In this document: one piece after another, positions 39,976-49,708 of the stretch
Layout: every line of letters begins with the position of its first letter
Position numbering within the stretch: the first letter of the stretch is position 1
DNA from: Polymorphobacter sp.
GTDB taxonomy: Bacteria; Pseudomonadota; Alphaproteobacteria; Sphingomonadales; Sphingomonadaceae
Direction of reading: 5' to 3'
Length of the DNA: 53,051 nt
Assembly (NCBI GenBank): GCA_043754785.1
Contig: JAYUUE010000090.1
Coordinates: forward strand, 1 to 53,051
Translations under genes and position numbers: made by a program
The notes under the pieces: generated by a model
Told to the model about the DNA's origin: nothing
The model's database searches: none
Seen by the model: the letters and a program-made list of their open reading frames with translations, nothing else

Positions 39976-42900
39976 CTATGATGGATAGATAGGCGTGTCG
40001 CCACCGGCGTTCAACACAAGGAGGTCTTTCAACGGGTAAAGTGCCAGCAGGGTTCCAGGCAACGGAATCAGTCGGGGCCCTTCGGTGAACAGCAAGGCTG
40101 CCTCGATGCGGCGACCCGGAAACACTACGCCAAGCGCCGCGACATAGGCCGCCATCTGCCGCAGATAATAGGGCGGCACGGCGTCTGCGTCATCCGGAAC
40201 CCGCGCGCCGGTCTTGAAATCGACAACCAGGACATGCGTCGCGCTGACCAGCAGGCGATCGACGGTGCCAGCGATAACCTTGTTGCCGACAACGGCGGCA
40301 AGCGGCGCTTCGGCAAGCGCGTCTTCGGCAAACACCTCGGCAAACGCCGGATCGTCCATGATGCCGAGCACGGTCGCCGTGGTCGCAGCGGCGTCGAGAT
40401 CGGGATGGTTAGCGGCACACCAGGCTTCACCAACGCGCTGGCGGTGGGCGACCGGAAGCCCGGGCAGCCGTTCGAACAGCGCATGCAACGCCTGGCCACG
40501 CCGCGCCGCTGCACGGGCCTTCGGCCCCATCGGCGGCGCCGCGACATCATCGGCGGCGATGGCGGACGGCGACAGCGGCCGCACCGGGCGCGCCTCGGCC
40601 GCCGGCGCCGTTGTTGCCCAGGCCGGCAGGCTCGCGGCGTCGTCGGGAGACAACACGGGCGCCTCCACCGCGACACGCGGCCGCGTATCGCCGCTGCGCC
40701 ATTCCAGCGCATCGCCAACCCACCCCGGCGCCTCGACGCTTGCGGCCCCCAACGCCGTCATCGCCTGACCAACCGCTGCATACCAGCTTTCCTCATGCGC
40801 CTCGGTCGCCTTGCCCGACAGCGTGCCGCCGATGAAGAGCAGATCCTCGGCACGGGTAAGCGCCACATACAGCAGCCGGCAATGCTCGCGGGCGTTTTGT
40901 GCGGTCTCGAAATCGATCTCGGTCGCGATGGGCCCGGACAGGCCCTTGCGACTGATCAGGAACACCGGCAACGGCAGGCCGTCGTCAAAGCTCATCAGCA
41001 GCGGCGCCTCGCGCTCGCCTTTCCGCGGCTTGGTGGCGTCGGCAAGGATCACCACCGGCGCCTGCAATCCCTTGGCACCATGCACGGTCATCAACCGCAC
41101 GGCTGCCAGCGGCGCATCGGGGTCGCGCTTGATCTCGATATCGTCCGCATCGACCCAGGCCAGAAAGCCCTGCAACGTCGGTGCATTGGCGCCTTCGAAA
41201 GCCAGCGCCTGATCGAGCACCGCGTCGATGGCGTCGCGCGCTTCGCCGCCGAGACGAGCCAGCAGCTTGCGCCGGCCCTGCAACGGCCCGGACAGCACGC
41301 GTTCGAAAAACTCGTGCGGCGCGGTGAAATCGGCGAAAGCCAGCACCTGCAACAGCCACTCGCGCGCCGCGACAACGAGGGGATTATCGCCGGCGCGCAC
41401 CGCATCCCACAATGTTCCCGGCCGATCCGCAGCGAGCCCGTACAGCGTCTCGTGATCAAGCCCCAGAAACGGTGACACGAGCAGCGCCGCCAGCGTCAGG
41501 TCATCGCCCGGTTGCAGCGCAAACCGCGCCAGCGCCAGCAGGTCGGCGACGGCGAGCGGATCGCTGAGCTTCAGCCGGTCCACTCCCGCCACCGGCACCT
41601 CGTTGACGTGTAGCGCCGCAACCAGTGCCGCTGAAAACCCGCTGCGGCTGCGCACCAGTACCAATATGTCCTGGGGCCGCACCGGCACCCCGCGCCCCGG
41701 CAGCAGCATCGGATTGGCCGGATCGAGCCACCCCGCGATGGTATCGGCGACGCGGTGCGCCAGCCGGATTTCGGCCTTAGGCGCCGGGGTGTCGTCGCCT
41801 TCCTCATCCTGGTCCCCGACATCGCCGTCGTCGGCAAGAACCGGCGGCCACAGCGTCACCGCGCCCTGCCACGGCGTGCGGTGCGGCCGGTGCGTCGGCA
41901 CGCCGTCGCTGTCGAAACTGCCATGGCCGAGCACTTCGACCGTCGCATCGACGACTTCCAGAATCGCGCCCACCGAGCGGAAGTTGGTATCCAGGTCGAT
42001 TTGCAGCCACGGTTCGCCGGCATCGCTCGCCAGCTGGGCAAATTCCTGGCGCTTGTCACGGTAGACGCGCGGGTCGGAGCCTTGAAATCCGAAGATCGAC
42101 TGCTTGTAATCACCAACCACGAACAGCGTGCGCCGGACCTCGCGCGCGCCGGCGCCGGCAAAGAATTCGTCGGTCAGCGCACCGATGATGTCCCACTGCC
42201 GCGCATTGGTGTCCTGCGCTTCATCGACCAGCACATGGTCGATGCGGCTGTCGAGCTTGAAGCGCACCCATTCCGCCGCCCCCGCCCCGCGCAGCAGCCG
42301 CTGCGCCGCGGCGATCATGTCGTCATAATCGATGACGCCGAGCCGCGCCTTGGCGTCACGCCAGCTGGCCGCCAACCGCTTGCCGATGCGCAGATGCATC
42401 GCCGCGTGCTCGACCGCCGCATGCAGCCGTTGTTCGGCAGCGATGGCGATCAAGGCTTCGCCTACCGCCTCGACCGACGGCTTCAGCGACGGGTCGGCCA
42501 TATCCGCCGCCTTGGGCACCATGGTTTTGCGGACCGTGCCGGTGGTGGTGACGAACGCTGCATACAGCGTGTCGAACGCCGCCATCGGATCGGTTGCTGC
42601 AAGCCATTCGTACAGCTGGTCCGACGATTTCAGCGCATTGGCGTTGCCCGCGCGTTCCAGAGCGCCGGCCAGCCGCTTCACCCCAGCGCGATCGATGCGC
42701 CCCAGCCCCGCCGCCAGTGCCGACGGGCCATTCCTGTCTGTCGCCAGCCCGAAACCGCGCCGCAGCATCGGCGGGATGCCGGCCTCGGGCAGGTCGGCGA
42801 GCGCCTCGCCATGCGCTGTCAGCCGCGCCGCGACCTTGGCCAGCCGCATCTCGCCCTGCGCAATGCTGATGCCCGCAAGGTCCGCCAGAAACCCCTCGTC

Positions 42901-43416
42901 GCCCTCCGCCGTCGCCGTCTCGATGGCTTCGGTCAGCAGCCGGCGTTGCAGCGCGATGCTGCTGCGATCATCGAGCGTCGCGAACCCCGGCGACACCCCG
43001 GCCTCGACCGGAAAGCTGGCGATCAACCCCTGCGCAAAGGCGTGGATGGTCTGGATCGCCAGCCCCTGCGGCGCATCGAGCACCTGCGCGAACAGCCGCC
43101 GCGCGCGGGTTATTGTGATCGCGTCGGTCGCCTCGCCCAGCGCCTGCAAATCGCTGACCAGCGCCGCATCGTCGCAGCGCGCCCAATACGCCAGCCGGTC
43201 GAACACCCGCGTCTGCATTTCGGCGGCAGCCAGCTTGGTGAAGGTCAGGCACAAGATCGCCGAAGGCTGGGTTTCGCCGATCAACAGCCGCAGCACCCGC
43301 GCCGACAGCACCTGCGTCTTGCCGGTGCCTGCTGATGCCGCCACCCAGGCGTGAACCTGCGGGTCGGCAGCGGCTGCCTGCGCAGACTTTAGCGGATGGA
43401 GCGGAAGGGTCGTCAT
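39976..43416 (-). CDS. addA: Double-strand break repair helicase/nuclease AddA
   Basis: [42 protein letters not shown] and nuclease motif GTVDRL...VDFKTG. Confidence 0.97.
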   Translation of the reverse strand: MTTLPLHPLKSAQAAAADPQVHAWVAASAGTGKTQVLSARVLRLLIGETQPSAILCLTFTKLAAAEMQTRVFDRLAYWARCDDAALVSDLQALGEATDAITITRARRLFAQVLDAPQGLAIQTIHAFAQGLIASFPVEAGVSPGFATLDDRSSIALQRRLLTEAIETATAEGDEGFLADLAGISIAQGEMRLAKVAARLTAHGEALADLPEAGIPPMLRRGFGLATDRNGPSALAAGLGRIDRAGVKRLAGALERAGNANALKSSDQLYEWLAATDPMAAFDTLYAAFVTTTGTVRKTMVPKAADMADPSLKPSVEAVGEALIAIAAEQRLHAAVEHAAMHLRIGKRLAASWRDAKARLGVIDYDDMIAAAQRLLRGAGAAEWVRFKLDSRIDHVLVDEAQDTNARQWDIIGALTDEFFAGAGAREVRRTLFVVGDYKQSIFGFQGSDPRVYRDKRQEFAQLASDAGEPWLQIDLDTNFRSVGAILEVVDATVEVLGHGSFDSDGVPTHRPHRTPWQGAVTLWPPVLADDGDVGDQDEEGDDTPAPKAEIRLAHRVADTIAGWLDPANPMLLPGRGVPVRPQDILVLVRSRSGFSAALVAALHVNEVPVAGVDRLKLSDPLAVADLLALARFALQPGDDLTLAALLVSPFLGLDHETLYGLAADRPGTLWDAVRAGDNPLVVAAREWLLQVLAFADFTAPHEFFERVLSGPLQGRRKLLARLGGEARDAIDAVLDQALAFEGANAPTLQGFLAWVDADDIEIKRDPDAPLAAVRLMTVHGAKGLQAPVVILADATKPRKGEREAPLLMSFDDGLPLPVFLISRKGLSGPIATEIDFETAQNAREHCRLLYVALTRAEDLLFIGGTLSGKATEAHEESWYAAVGQAMTALGAASVEAPGWVGDALEWRSGDTRPRVAVEAPVLSPDDAASLPAWATTAPAAEARPVRPLSPSAIAADDVAAPPMGPKARAAARRGQALHALFERLPGLPVAHRQRVGEAWCAANHPDLDAAATTATVLGIMDDPAFAEVFAEDALAEAPLAAVVGNKVIAGTVDRLLVSATHVLVVDFKTGARVPDDADAVPPYYLRQMAAYVAALGVVFPGRRIEAALLFTEGPRLIPLPGTLLALYPLKDLLVLNAGGDTPIYPS
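39987..40015 (-). promoter_or_regulatory. Candidate RpoH (sigma32) promoter for trxA, inside the addA 3' end
   Basis: GTTGAA-N16-CCTATCT, close to the alphaproteobacterial RpoH consensus CTTGAA-N15/16-CCTATNT. Confidence 0.55.
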
Positions 43417-46400
43417 CACCGCCGAGCTATCCGAGCTGCGCCGACGCGCACGGGCCTGTCCAGCCATTCGGCAACCCGTGACAGATGGTTGTAGTCGCCC
43501 CACGCCAGGTTGGGCTGCCAATCGGCGCGGAACACCGCGTCGCCGAGCAGGAACTGGTCGGTGATCGCCGTGACCGCCGCGGCCACCGCCGCGATATGCT
43601 CGGCCACATCGAGCGGCGGGTTGCCCTTCAGCGCATCGACCATCTTGCCCGGCGACTTGCCGCCGCCCATCTCCCAATATTGCAGGCTTTGCGGTACGCC
43701 GCGCGGCACCCCGCCGGCGCGCGTGCGCATGGCGCCGGCGGTTGCCATCGCCATCAACAGGCTCAACTGGTTGGCCACATAGCCGCGGACCCGGGTCGGC
43801 GTCGGCGCCTTGCCGGTCTTGTAATCGATGATCGCCAGCCGCCCCTCGGCATCGCGGTCGACGCGATCGGCACGGCCTTCGATGGTGATGCCGTTGGTCA
43901 GCGTCAGCACCCCCGACGCCTCCGCCGCCAGCGGCTGCCACCCCAGCTGTTCGCGCGCATGCACCTGTTCGCCGGCCCAGTGCAGGGCCCGCCGCGCCCG
44001 CGGTGCCCAAAGCGCGCGCAGCAGCGGGAACTGCTTGCCCTCCGCCAGCAGCATCGCCTCGGTCAGCTGTTGCAACCGTTCCAGGCTGCCGCCGCCGCCG
44101 CCGATCCAGCGCTCCATGACGTCATGGATGCGGGTGCCGCGCGTCGCCGCCGTCGGGTCCTGATCGAGCGGCTCGAGCGCCCGCAGCTTGAGCATCGTGC
44201 GGGCGTAGTAAGCGAACGGATCGGCAATCAGCGTATCGACATCGGTGACGAACAGCGCCCGTGGCCGGCGCGCGGCGGGCGGCGCATAGCTCGGCGGCTG
44301 GACAGGCCCCGGCTGCCCGTGGCCATCGATACGACGCGCCAGTTCGAGCAGGCCGGCATCGGGCGTCAGCCCGCCGCTGAAGGCCTGCAAGCGCAGCCAG
44401 AAGCGCGACGGCACCAGTGGCGCGCTCGCATCGCGGCGCGACCGGGTCATGAGCACCTGCGGTGCCGCCAGCGCGCTGACGAAATCATGCGCCGCCAACC
44501 CGATGTCGCGCGCCAGGCCCGGCAGGCCGAGGCGAGACCGGATCGCCGGCGCCAGCCACGGGTCAGGCGCCGGCTTGCCGGGCCAACTGCCTTCGTTGAG
44601 GCTGCCGAGGATCATCAGGTCGGCGCGCTGCAACTGCGCCTCCAGCGGCCCCAATATGGCAATGCGCGGATGGCCGCCCCAAACCGGGCGCACGGCGGCA
44701 TCGAGCAGCGCCGAAAGCAGCGCCGGCGCATCGTCGCGCTCGAACGGCCCAAACACCCCGCCGTCAGCCTCCAGTCGGTCGATCAGATCGGCCAGCGTCC
44801 GCCCGCCGACGCCGCTCCACAGCCCATCGCCGGCCAACGCCGTGCCGGCTTCGCGCAACGCAGCGGCAAGTTTGGGCAGAGTCAGCTGTCCGCGCCGTTC
44901 CGCCTGTGCCGCCAATGGCTCCAGCCCGGCGGCGGCGGCGTGCCACCAGTCAATGAGTTCGGCGTCACTTGTCCCGGCGGCGTCGACCGTCGCCGCGTCG
45001 GCCTTGTCACGCGCCATCCGTCGTTGGCGGCTGGCGACGGTCGCATCGATGGCCTCGCCAACCATTTCCAGTCCCGGCGGCGGACGGACACCGCGCAAGG
45101 CGCGATCGAGCCGCCGCACTTGCGTCAGCCAGGCGCCGCGCCGCTCGCCAGACGCGACCAGCGGATGCTTGAGCACCGCTAGCAGCGCCACCGGTGCGAA
45201 GCCCTGCGTCATTGCCTCGGCCATCGCCAGCGCCAGCGTGCCGGGCGGTGTCAGTCGCAGTGGCACCCCGGCCGAATCGTCGATGTTCAGCCCCCAGCGC
45301 CGACAATGCGCTGCGACGCGGCGGGCAAGCGTTCGGTCGGGGGTAATAAGGGCGGCGCGTTTGCCAGGGGTTTCGAGTGCGCGGCGCAGGGCCAATGCAA
45401 TGACCTGCGCCTCCTCAGCCGGCGTCGCTGCCTCGACGATGCGCACACCGGAAAAGGCCGTGCCGCTATCGCCGATACTGCTGTGCCAGCCGTCGGCCGC
45501 ATCGGCCGGCGCCATGGCGGCATTGACAAGCGATGTGCGGGCAATCGGGCCGTCCCAGATGGTGGTCACACCCCAATCCTGTGCGTCGGCGCGGTCGAGC
45601 CGCAGTCGCGCCAACAATGCTTTCTGCGCATATTGAGGATGTTCCTCACTGTCACGGGTCGGCAGGTCCGGGTCGGCGGCGCGGCAATGGATGGCGGCCC
45701 AGCGTTCAGCGCCAGCCTCTGCTGTGTCGGTGTCGAGCCCGGGGAGCACGACCAGCCCCTGCGGCAAAGCCAGAACCCCGGCCAGCAGCCGCACCAGCGC
45801 CGGCGAGCTGCCGGTCACGCCCGCCGCCGCCACGACCCCGCCCGGTGGTGCGGTCTGCCAGCGTGCCACCAATGCATCGATGAGCGCGGCGGTGCGGGTG
45901 CCACCGTCGCTGCCACCCGCCGCCTCGCGCGCTGCGGGCCAATGGGTGATGACCAGATCGAGAAATGACAGCGTCGCCTGCCAGTGGCTGGCCAAGTCCG
46001 TATCGTCGAGGATGGTTTTCAAGCGTTCTGGAGCGATTTCTTCAGCAAGCAGCGCATCATGCGTCGCGCCAAGCGCATCGCCGAGGCGGAGCGCTTCGAC
46101 GGCGCTGCGACCGATGTCGCGACCTGTCGGCATTGCTCGCACCAGGCGCGCGAGTTCGAGGCGGCGCTGCAACGGCGGCACTGCGGCCGGAATGGCCGAG
46201 CTCCCGCTGGCGAAGCGATCAAAGGCGTCATCGCCGAGATCGCCTATCGGCGTCATTCGCGGCAGCAGTAAGCCGCCGCCGGAATGGCGCACGAACGCAT
46301 CGGTGAGGGTGCGGACGGCGCGGCGACTGGGCAGCAAGATATGGGCGGCAGCGAGGGCGAGCTTATCGCCATTTGTACGATTGATGAGGCCGAGCGCCAG

Positions 46401-46454
46401 CGCGTCGACGAAAGCAACGTGCGGCGGGATGGTATAGAGCTCAGGCCGTTGCAA
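43416..46454 (-). CDS. addB: Double-strand break repair protein AddB
   Basis: LYTIPPHVAFVDAL, LLPSRRA, ALITPDRTLARRV, GRADRVD...IIDYKTG and DYNHLSRVAEW. Start approximate. Confidence 0.96.
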   Translation of the reverse strand: MQRPELYTIPPHVAFVDALALGLINRTNGDKLALAAAHILLPSRRAVRTLTDAFVRHSGGGLLLPRMTPIGDLGDDAFDRFASGSSAIPAAVPPLQRRLELARLVRAMPTGRDIGRSAVEALRLGDALGATHDALLAEEIAPERLKTILDDTDLASHWQATLSFLDLVITHWPAAREAAGGSDGGTRTAALIDALVARWQTAPPGGVVAAAGVTGSSPALVRLLAGVLALPQGLVVLPGLDTDTAEAGAERWAAIHCRAADPDLPTRDSEEHPQYAQKALLARLRLDRADAQDWGVTTIWDGPIARTSLVNAAMAPADAADGWHSSIGDSGTAFSGVRIVEAATPAEEAQVIALALRRALETPGKRAALITPDRTLARRVAAHCRRWGLNIDDSAGVPLRLTPPGTLALAMAEAMTQGFAPVALLAVLKHPLVASGERRGAWLTQVRRLDRALRGVRPPPGLEMVGEAIDATVASRQRRMARDKADAATVDAAGTSDAELIDWWHAAAAGLEPLAAQAERRGQLTLPKLAAALREAGTALAGDGLWSGVGGRTLADLIDRLEADGGVFGPFERDDAPALLSALLDAAVRPVWGGHPRIAILGPLEAQLQRADLMILGSLNEGSWPGKPAPDPWLAPAIRSRLGLPGLARDIGLAAHDFVSALAAPQVLMTRSRRDASAPLVPSRFWLRLQAFSGGLTPDAGLLELARRIDGHGQPGPVQPPSYAPPAARRPRALFVTDVDTLIADPFAYYARTMLKLRALEPLDQDPTAATRGTRIHDVMERWIGGGGGSLERLQQLTEAMLLAEGKQFPLLRALWAPRARRALHWAGEQVHAREQLGWQPLAAEASGVLTLTNGITIEGRADRVDRDAEGRLAIIDYKTGKAPTPTRVRGYVANQLSLLMAMATAGAMRTRAGGVPRGVPQSLQYWEMGGGKSPGKMVDALKGNPPLDVAEHIAAVAAAVTAITDQFLLGDAVFRADWQPNLAWGDYNHLSRVAEWLDRPVRVGAARIARR

Positions 46455-47199
46455 GCAGCACTTCGGTTTCACCGATGCTGGCGGGGGTGCCTACGTGGAA
46501 CCAGAGACCCTGATGGACAGCGCCGTATAGCCTGCCGGAGGCGAGCGCCTTGTTCCAGGCGCGCCACATCGAGAAAGGCTCGGCCGCCTCGCCATCGAAC
46601 AGCCGTTTGGAAATCAGCTGGATGCCCGAAAACACGAACGGCGCGATGCGGAATTCGCCGCGCGGGCTGACGGCGCCCACCGGATCGAGGTGGAAATCGC
46701 CGCGGCCGTCATAACCCGCAGCCCGCGCCAGCGGCACGAGCAGCAGCAGCGCATCCATGCATTTGGCGTCCCAGCGCTGCGCCAGCAGACGCAATGTGTC
46801 GGCAGACCCGTCGATCCACATATTGTCGGCGTTGATGACGAAAAACGGATCGGCGTCGATGAGCGGCAGCGCCTTGGTGACGCCGCCACCGGTCTCGAGC
46901 AGTTGCCCGCGCTCGTCGGAGACCCGGATTTGCAACGGACCGGGCCGCGCGGCAACTGCGGCCTCGATCTGGTCGGCGAAATAGTGGGCATTGACGATTG
47001 CGGTGGCGATGCCGGCTTTTTCAACGCGATCCAGAGCGCGATCGAGCAGCGTGCGACCGGCAACCTCGACCAGCGGCTTGGGGCGCGTCGCCGTCAGCGG
47101 CCGCATCCGCTTACCAAGGCCAGCGGCAAGCACCATTGCCGATTGCGGCATATTGACGGCGATATGCGGACGAATGGCAAGCGGCGGGCGAGTTTTCAT
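46441..47199 (-). CDS. murU: Nucleotidyltransferase (MurU-like)
   Basis: AMVLAAGLGKRMRPLT...PKPLV, LLETGGG and WFHVGTP. Adjacent to the AmgK-like kinase. Confidence 0.85.
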   Translation of the reverse strand: MKTRPPLAIRPHIAVNMPQSAMVLAAGLGKRMRPLTATRPKPLVEVAGRTLLDRALDRVEKAGIATAIVNAHYFADQIEAAVAARPGPLQIRVSDERGQLLETGGGVTKALPLIDADPFFVINADNMWIDGSADTLRLLAQRWDAKCMDALLLLVPLARAAGYDGRGDFHLDPVGAVSPRGEFRIAPFVFSGIQLISKRLFDGEAAEPFSMWRAWNKALASGRLYGAVHQGLWFHVGTPASIGETEVLLATA

Positions 47200-48170
47200 G
47201 CGGCCAACGTGACGCCCTTGCGGGCTTTGTCAGGAACGTTTTCGGCGAACCATGCTGCCACGCTGGCCAGCGCCGGGCGCCCCAGATTGCGGCTGACCAG
47301 CTCCCACAGGCGCGGATGGAACGCCGGATAGCTGGCCTTGCCATCGCGAACATACAACCGGGTGAAAACCCCCAGAATCTTGATATTCCGCTGCGCACCC
47401 AGAATATCATAGGCGGTGCGAAAGGCGGCGGCGTCGATACCCGGTCTAGCGGCAATGTAACGCTCCAGCATCGCATTCTCCAAGGCGGGTGAAACGATGC
47501 GGCGCACGTCTTGAAGCAACGAAACAAGATCATACGCTGGATGGCCCGCCAGTGCGTCCTGATAATCGAGCAGGCCCAACCCGCGCAGGCCGGGACGATC
47601 AATGATCATCAAATTGTCGGCGTGGTAATCGCGCAAGGTAAGCACCGGCGGGCTGGCAAGCACGGCCGGCCAAAGCGGCGCCCAGGCCGCGTCATATCCG
47701 GGTGCCTCGGCAACATCGACGGCTGGCAGGTACCAATCGGGAAACAGCCGCGCCTCGCGCAGCAGTTCCGGTTCGGCATAGGGCGCCACTTGCCCGGCGG
47801 GATGGGCATGAAGCGCGGCCAAAATATCGACGGCCAAGGCATAGACGGCGGTTTCGCGCTCCGGCGACTGTGCGAGCACCGGACCGACTCGGTCATCGCC
47901 AAAATCTTCAAGCAGGATCAGGCCAGCTGCGAGATCGACAGCAAGAGGCTGCGGTGCGGAAAACCCCAACGAATCGAGACGCTGGCCAACGGCGAGGAAG
48001 GGCCGCGAATCTTCCTTTTCCGGTGGCGCGTCCATCAGCACGGCGGTTCCTGCGTCGCCGTGGACGCGGAAATAGCGGCGGAACGAGGCGTCCCCTGCCA
48101 GCGGTGCGATGCGGGCGCCGCCCCAGCCGTGGCGGGCGAGAAAGCCCGGTGCAGCGGCCGGCGGGATCAT
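47196..48170 (-). CDS. amgK: Aminoglycoside-phosphotransferase family kinase (AmgK-like)
   Basis: LAGDASFRRYFR, LLEDFGD, LRDYHADNL and LDYQDA...AYDLVSLLQD. Confidence 0.85.
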   Translation of the reverse strand: MIPPAAAPGFLARHGWGGARIAPLAGDASFRRYFRVHGDAGTAVLMDAPPEKEDSRPFLAVGQRLDSLGFSAPQPLAVDLAAGLILLEDFGDDRVGPVLAQSPERETAVYALAVDILAALHAHPAGQVAPYAEPELLREARLFPDWYLPAVDVAEAPGYDAAWAPLWPAVLASPPVLTLRDYHADNLMIIDRPGLRGLGLLDYQDALAGHPAYDLVSLLQDVRRIVSPALENAMLERYIAARPGIDAAAFRTAYDILGAQRNIKILGVFTRLYVRDGKASYPAFHPRLWELVSRNLGRPALASVAAWFAENVPDKARKGVTLAA

Positions 48171-48196
48171 TGGGACCACCGCTGCTTGTGGCGGTA

Positions 48197-48655
48197 TCAC
48201 GGTTGAGGAGGGTGCAGCGGCCACCGGCCTTCCCAAGCCGGGGGGACGCCCCAAGTCAAGTGCCTTGGCGCATCACCACTGCCGGAAATCGTCAATTGCA
48301 GGGCATCGGCGGGCAGGCGTGCCCCTAGCCGTTGCGGCCATTCAATGACGAGCGCCGAATCGGTTTCGAACAGTCCCAGCGCATCGGCGTCGCCCGGCGC
48401 TGTGAGCCGATACAAATCGACATGCCACACCGACACCCGCACATCGGGCGGCTCATAACTCTGCACTAGCGTATAGGTTGGCGACGGCACCTCGCCGCGC
48501 CAGCCCAGTGCGGCGATGATGGCGCGCGCCAGCGTCGTCTTGCCAGCCCCAAGTTCCCCCGAAAGCGCGATAGTGTCACCAGCGCGGAGTGCGGCAGCAA
48601 TTGCTTGGCCCAGCCCCGCCATTTCGGCTTCATTGGCGATGGTGTCGGCGCTCAC
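48197..48655 (-). CDS. tsaE: tRNA threonylcarbamoyladenosine biosynthesis ATPase TsaE
   Basis: LSGELGAGKT, VPSPTYTLV, HVDLYRL and IEWP. Confidence 0.96.
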   Translation of the reverse strand: MSADTIANEAEMAGLGQAIAAALRAGDTIALSGELGAGKTTLARAIIAALGWRGEVPSPTYTLVQSYEPPDVRVSVWHVDLYRLTAPGDADALGLFETDSALVIEWPQRLGARLPADALQLTISGSGDAPRHLTWGVPPAWEGRWPLHPPQP

Positions 48656-49638
48656 GGCGCATCGGGCAAGCGCAGAAAACGCGCAGCATTGTCATGAAGA
48701 ATATCGCGCTTCTGCTCTGCGTTCAGGAACGGTGCGGACTGGATATTGGCGATGGCCACCGGAAGCGCGTCGGGCCAGACCATCTGGTCCGATCCGAACA
48801 TGATACGCCTGCCGAACCCCGCTTCGACGAGACGTTGCAAATAGTGGTGAAACTCGGCCCGCGGCAGCACATAATCGATGACGCCGGTATCCACATAAAC
48901 CTGGGGATGGGCATAGAGCAGCGCCACCATGGCATCGGCCATTGGCCAGCCCGCATGCATGACATAGACGCGGAGATGCGGATGCCGGACGAGCAAGTCT
49001 TCCAGCAATAATGGATTGGACAGCGTCATGCGGTAAGCGCCCAACCCAGGTACATACGGCGTCCCTGGCGGCCCTGGCCCCATGTGGATCGCGACCGGGA
49101 TATCAAGCTCCTCGGCGAGCGCCCAATAAGGCTCGAGGCGCGAATCGCCGGGCGCAGCGCCGCCATATTGGAACCCCAACTCGCCAAGGACCTGTAACGC
49201 CCCGGCGTCGTGCATCGCCCTTAACGCCGCTACCGGGATCAGTTCATCGATGCCGAAATAGACGCCGGAAATGATGCGTTGGGGTGAACCCTGTTTCCAG
49301 CGCGCCACCAGCGCGGGACTGCCGCTCGTCGCTGCCGTTATGTTGTAGGTTTCCAATATTGCCAGCGATCGCCGGCGCAGGTCGTCGTCGTCTTTCGCCG
49401 ACAAGATCGGCGCTGCACACGGCGGTGTCTTGAACAGGCCCATTGTATAGGCCGTGCCATCGATGCGGGTATCGCGATCGGGAAACGACTCATAAGGCGC
49501 GCAGACCCCTACCGGCGGCGGTCCCTGGTCGTCGGCTTTGAAGGCGTGAAGGTGCATATCGATGATCGGCTCCGGCGCAGCCATGATTGCCGACGAAACC
49601 AATGCTGCAGAAACGACAGCGAGGATCCTAAACTGCAT
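48652..49638 (-). CDS. Secreted amidohydrolase family (Amidohydro_2-like) metalloenzyme
   Basis: Signal peptide, IIDMHLH, VAIHMG, VMHAG and IMFGSD. Confidence 0.9.
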   Translation of the reverse strand: MQFRILAVVSAALVSSAIMAAPEPIIDMHLHAFKADDQGPPPVGVCAPYESFPDRDTRIDGTAYTMGLFKTPPCAAPILSAKDDDDLRRRSLAILETYNITAATSGSPALVARWKQGSPQRIISGVYFGIDELIPVAALRAMHDAGALQVLGELGFQYGGAAPGDSRLEPYWALAEELDIPVAIHMGPGPPGTPYVPGLGAYRMTLSNPLLLEDLLVRHPHLRVYVMHAGWPMADAMVALLYAHPQVYVDTGVIDYVLPRAEFHHYLQRLVEAGFGRRIMFGSDQMVWPDALPVAIANIQSAPFLNAEQKRDILHDNAARFLRLPDAP

Positions 49639-49708
49639 CAGTGGCTCGCTGTCTCTCATGGCCGCCACGGGAATATGGCGCGGCACCGCAATGTTGTATA
49701 GCCCGCGC

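Noticed and set aside
43417-44010. 198-aa N-terminal extension of the 1344-aa AddA ORF
   Set aside because: It overlaps addB in another frame. The helicase motifs begin just after the GTGATG overlap at 43416.
41755-45636. Long plus-strand ORFs (526, 565 and 395 aa) opposite addA/addB, and similar shadows elsewhere
   Set aside because: Antisense shadow ORFs are expected in high-GC coding DNA. They are Arg/Ala/Ser-rich with no recognisable motifs.
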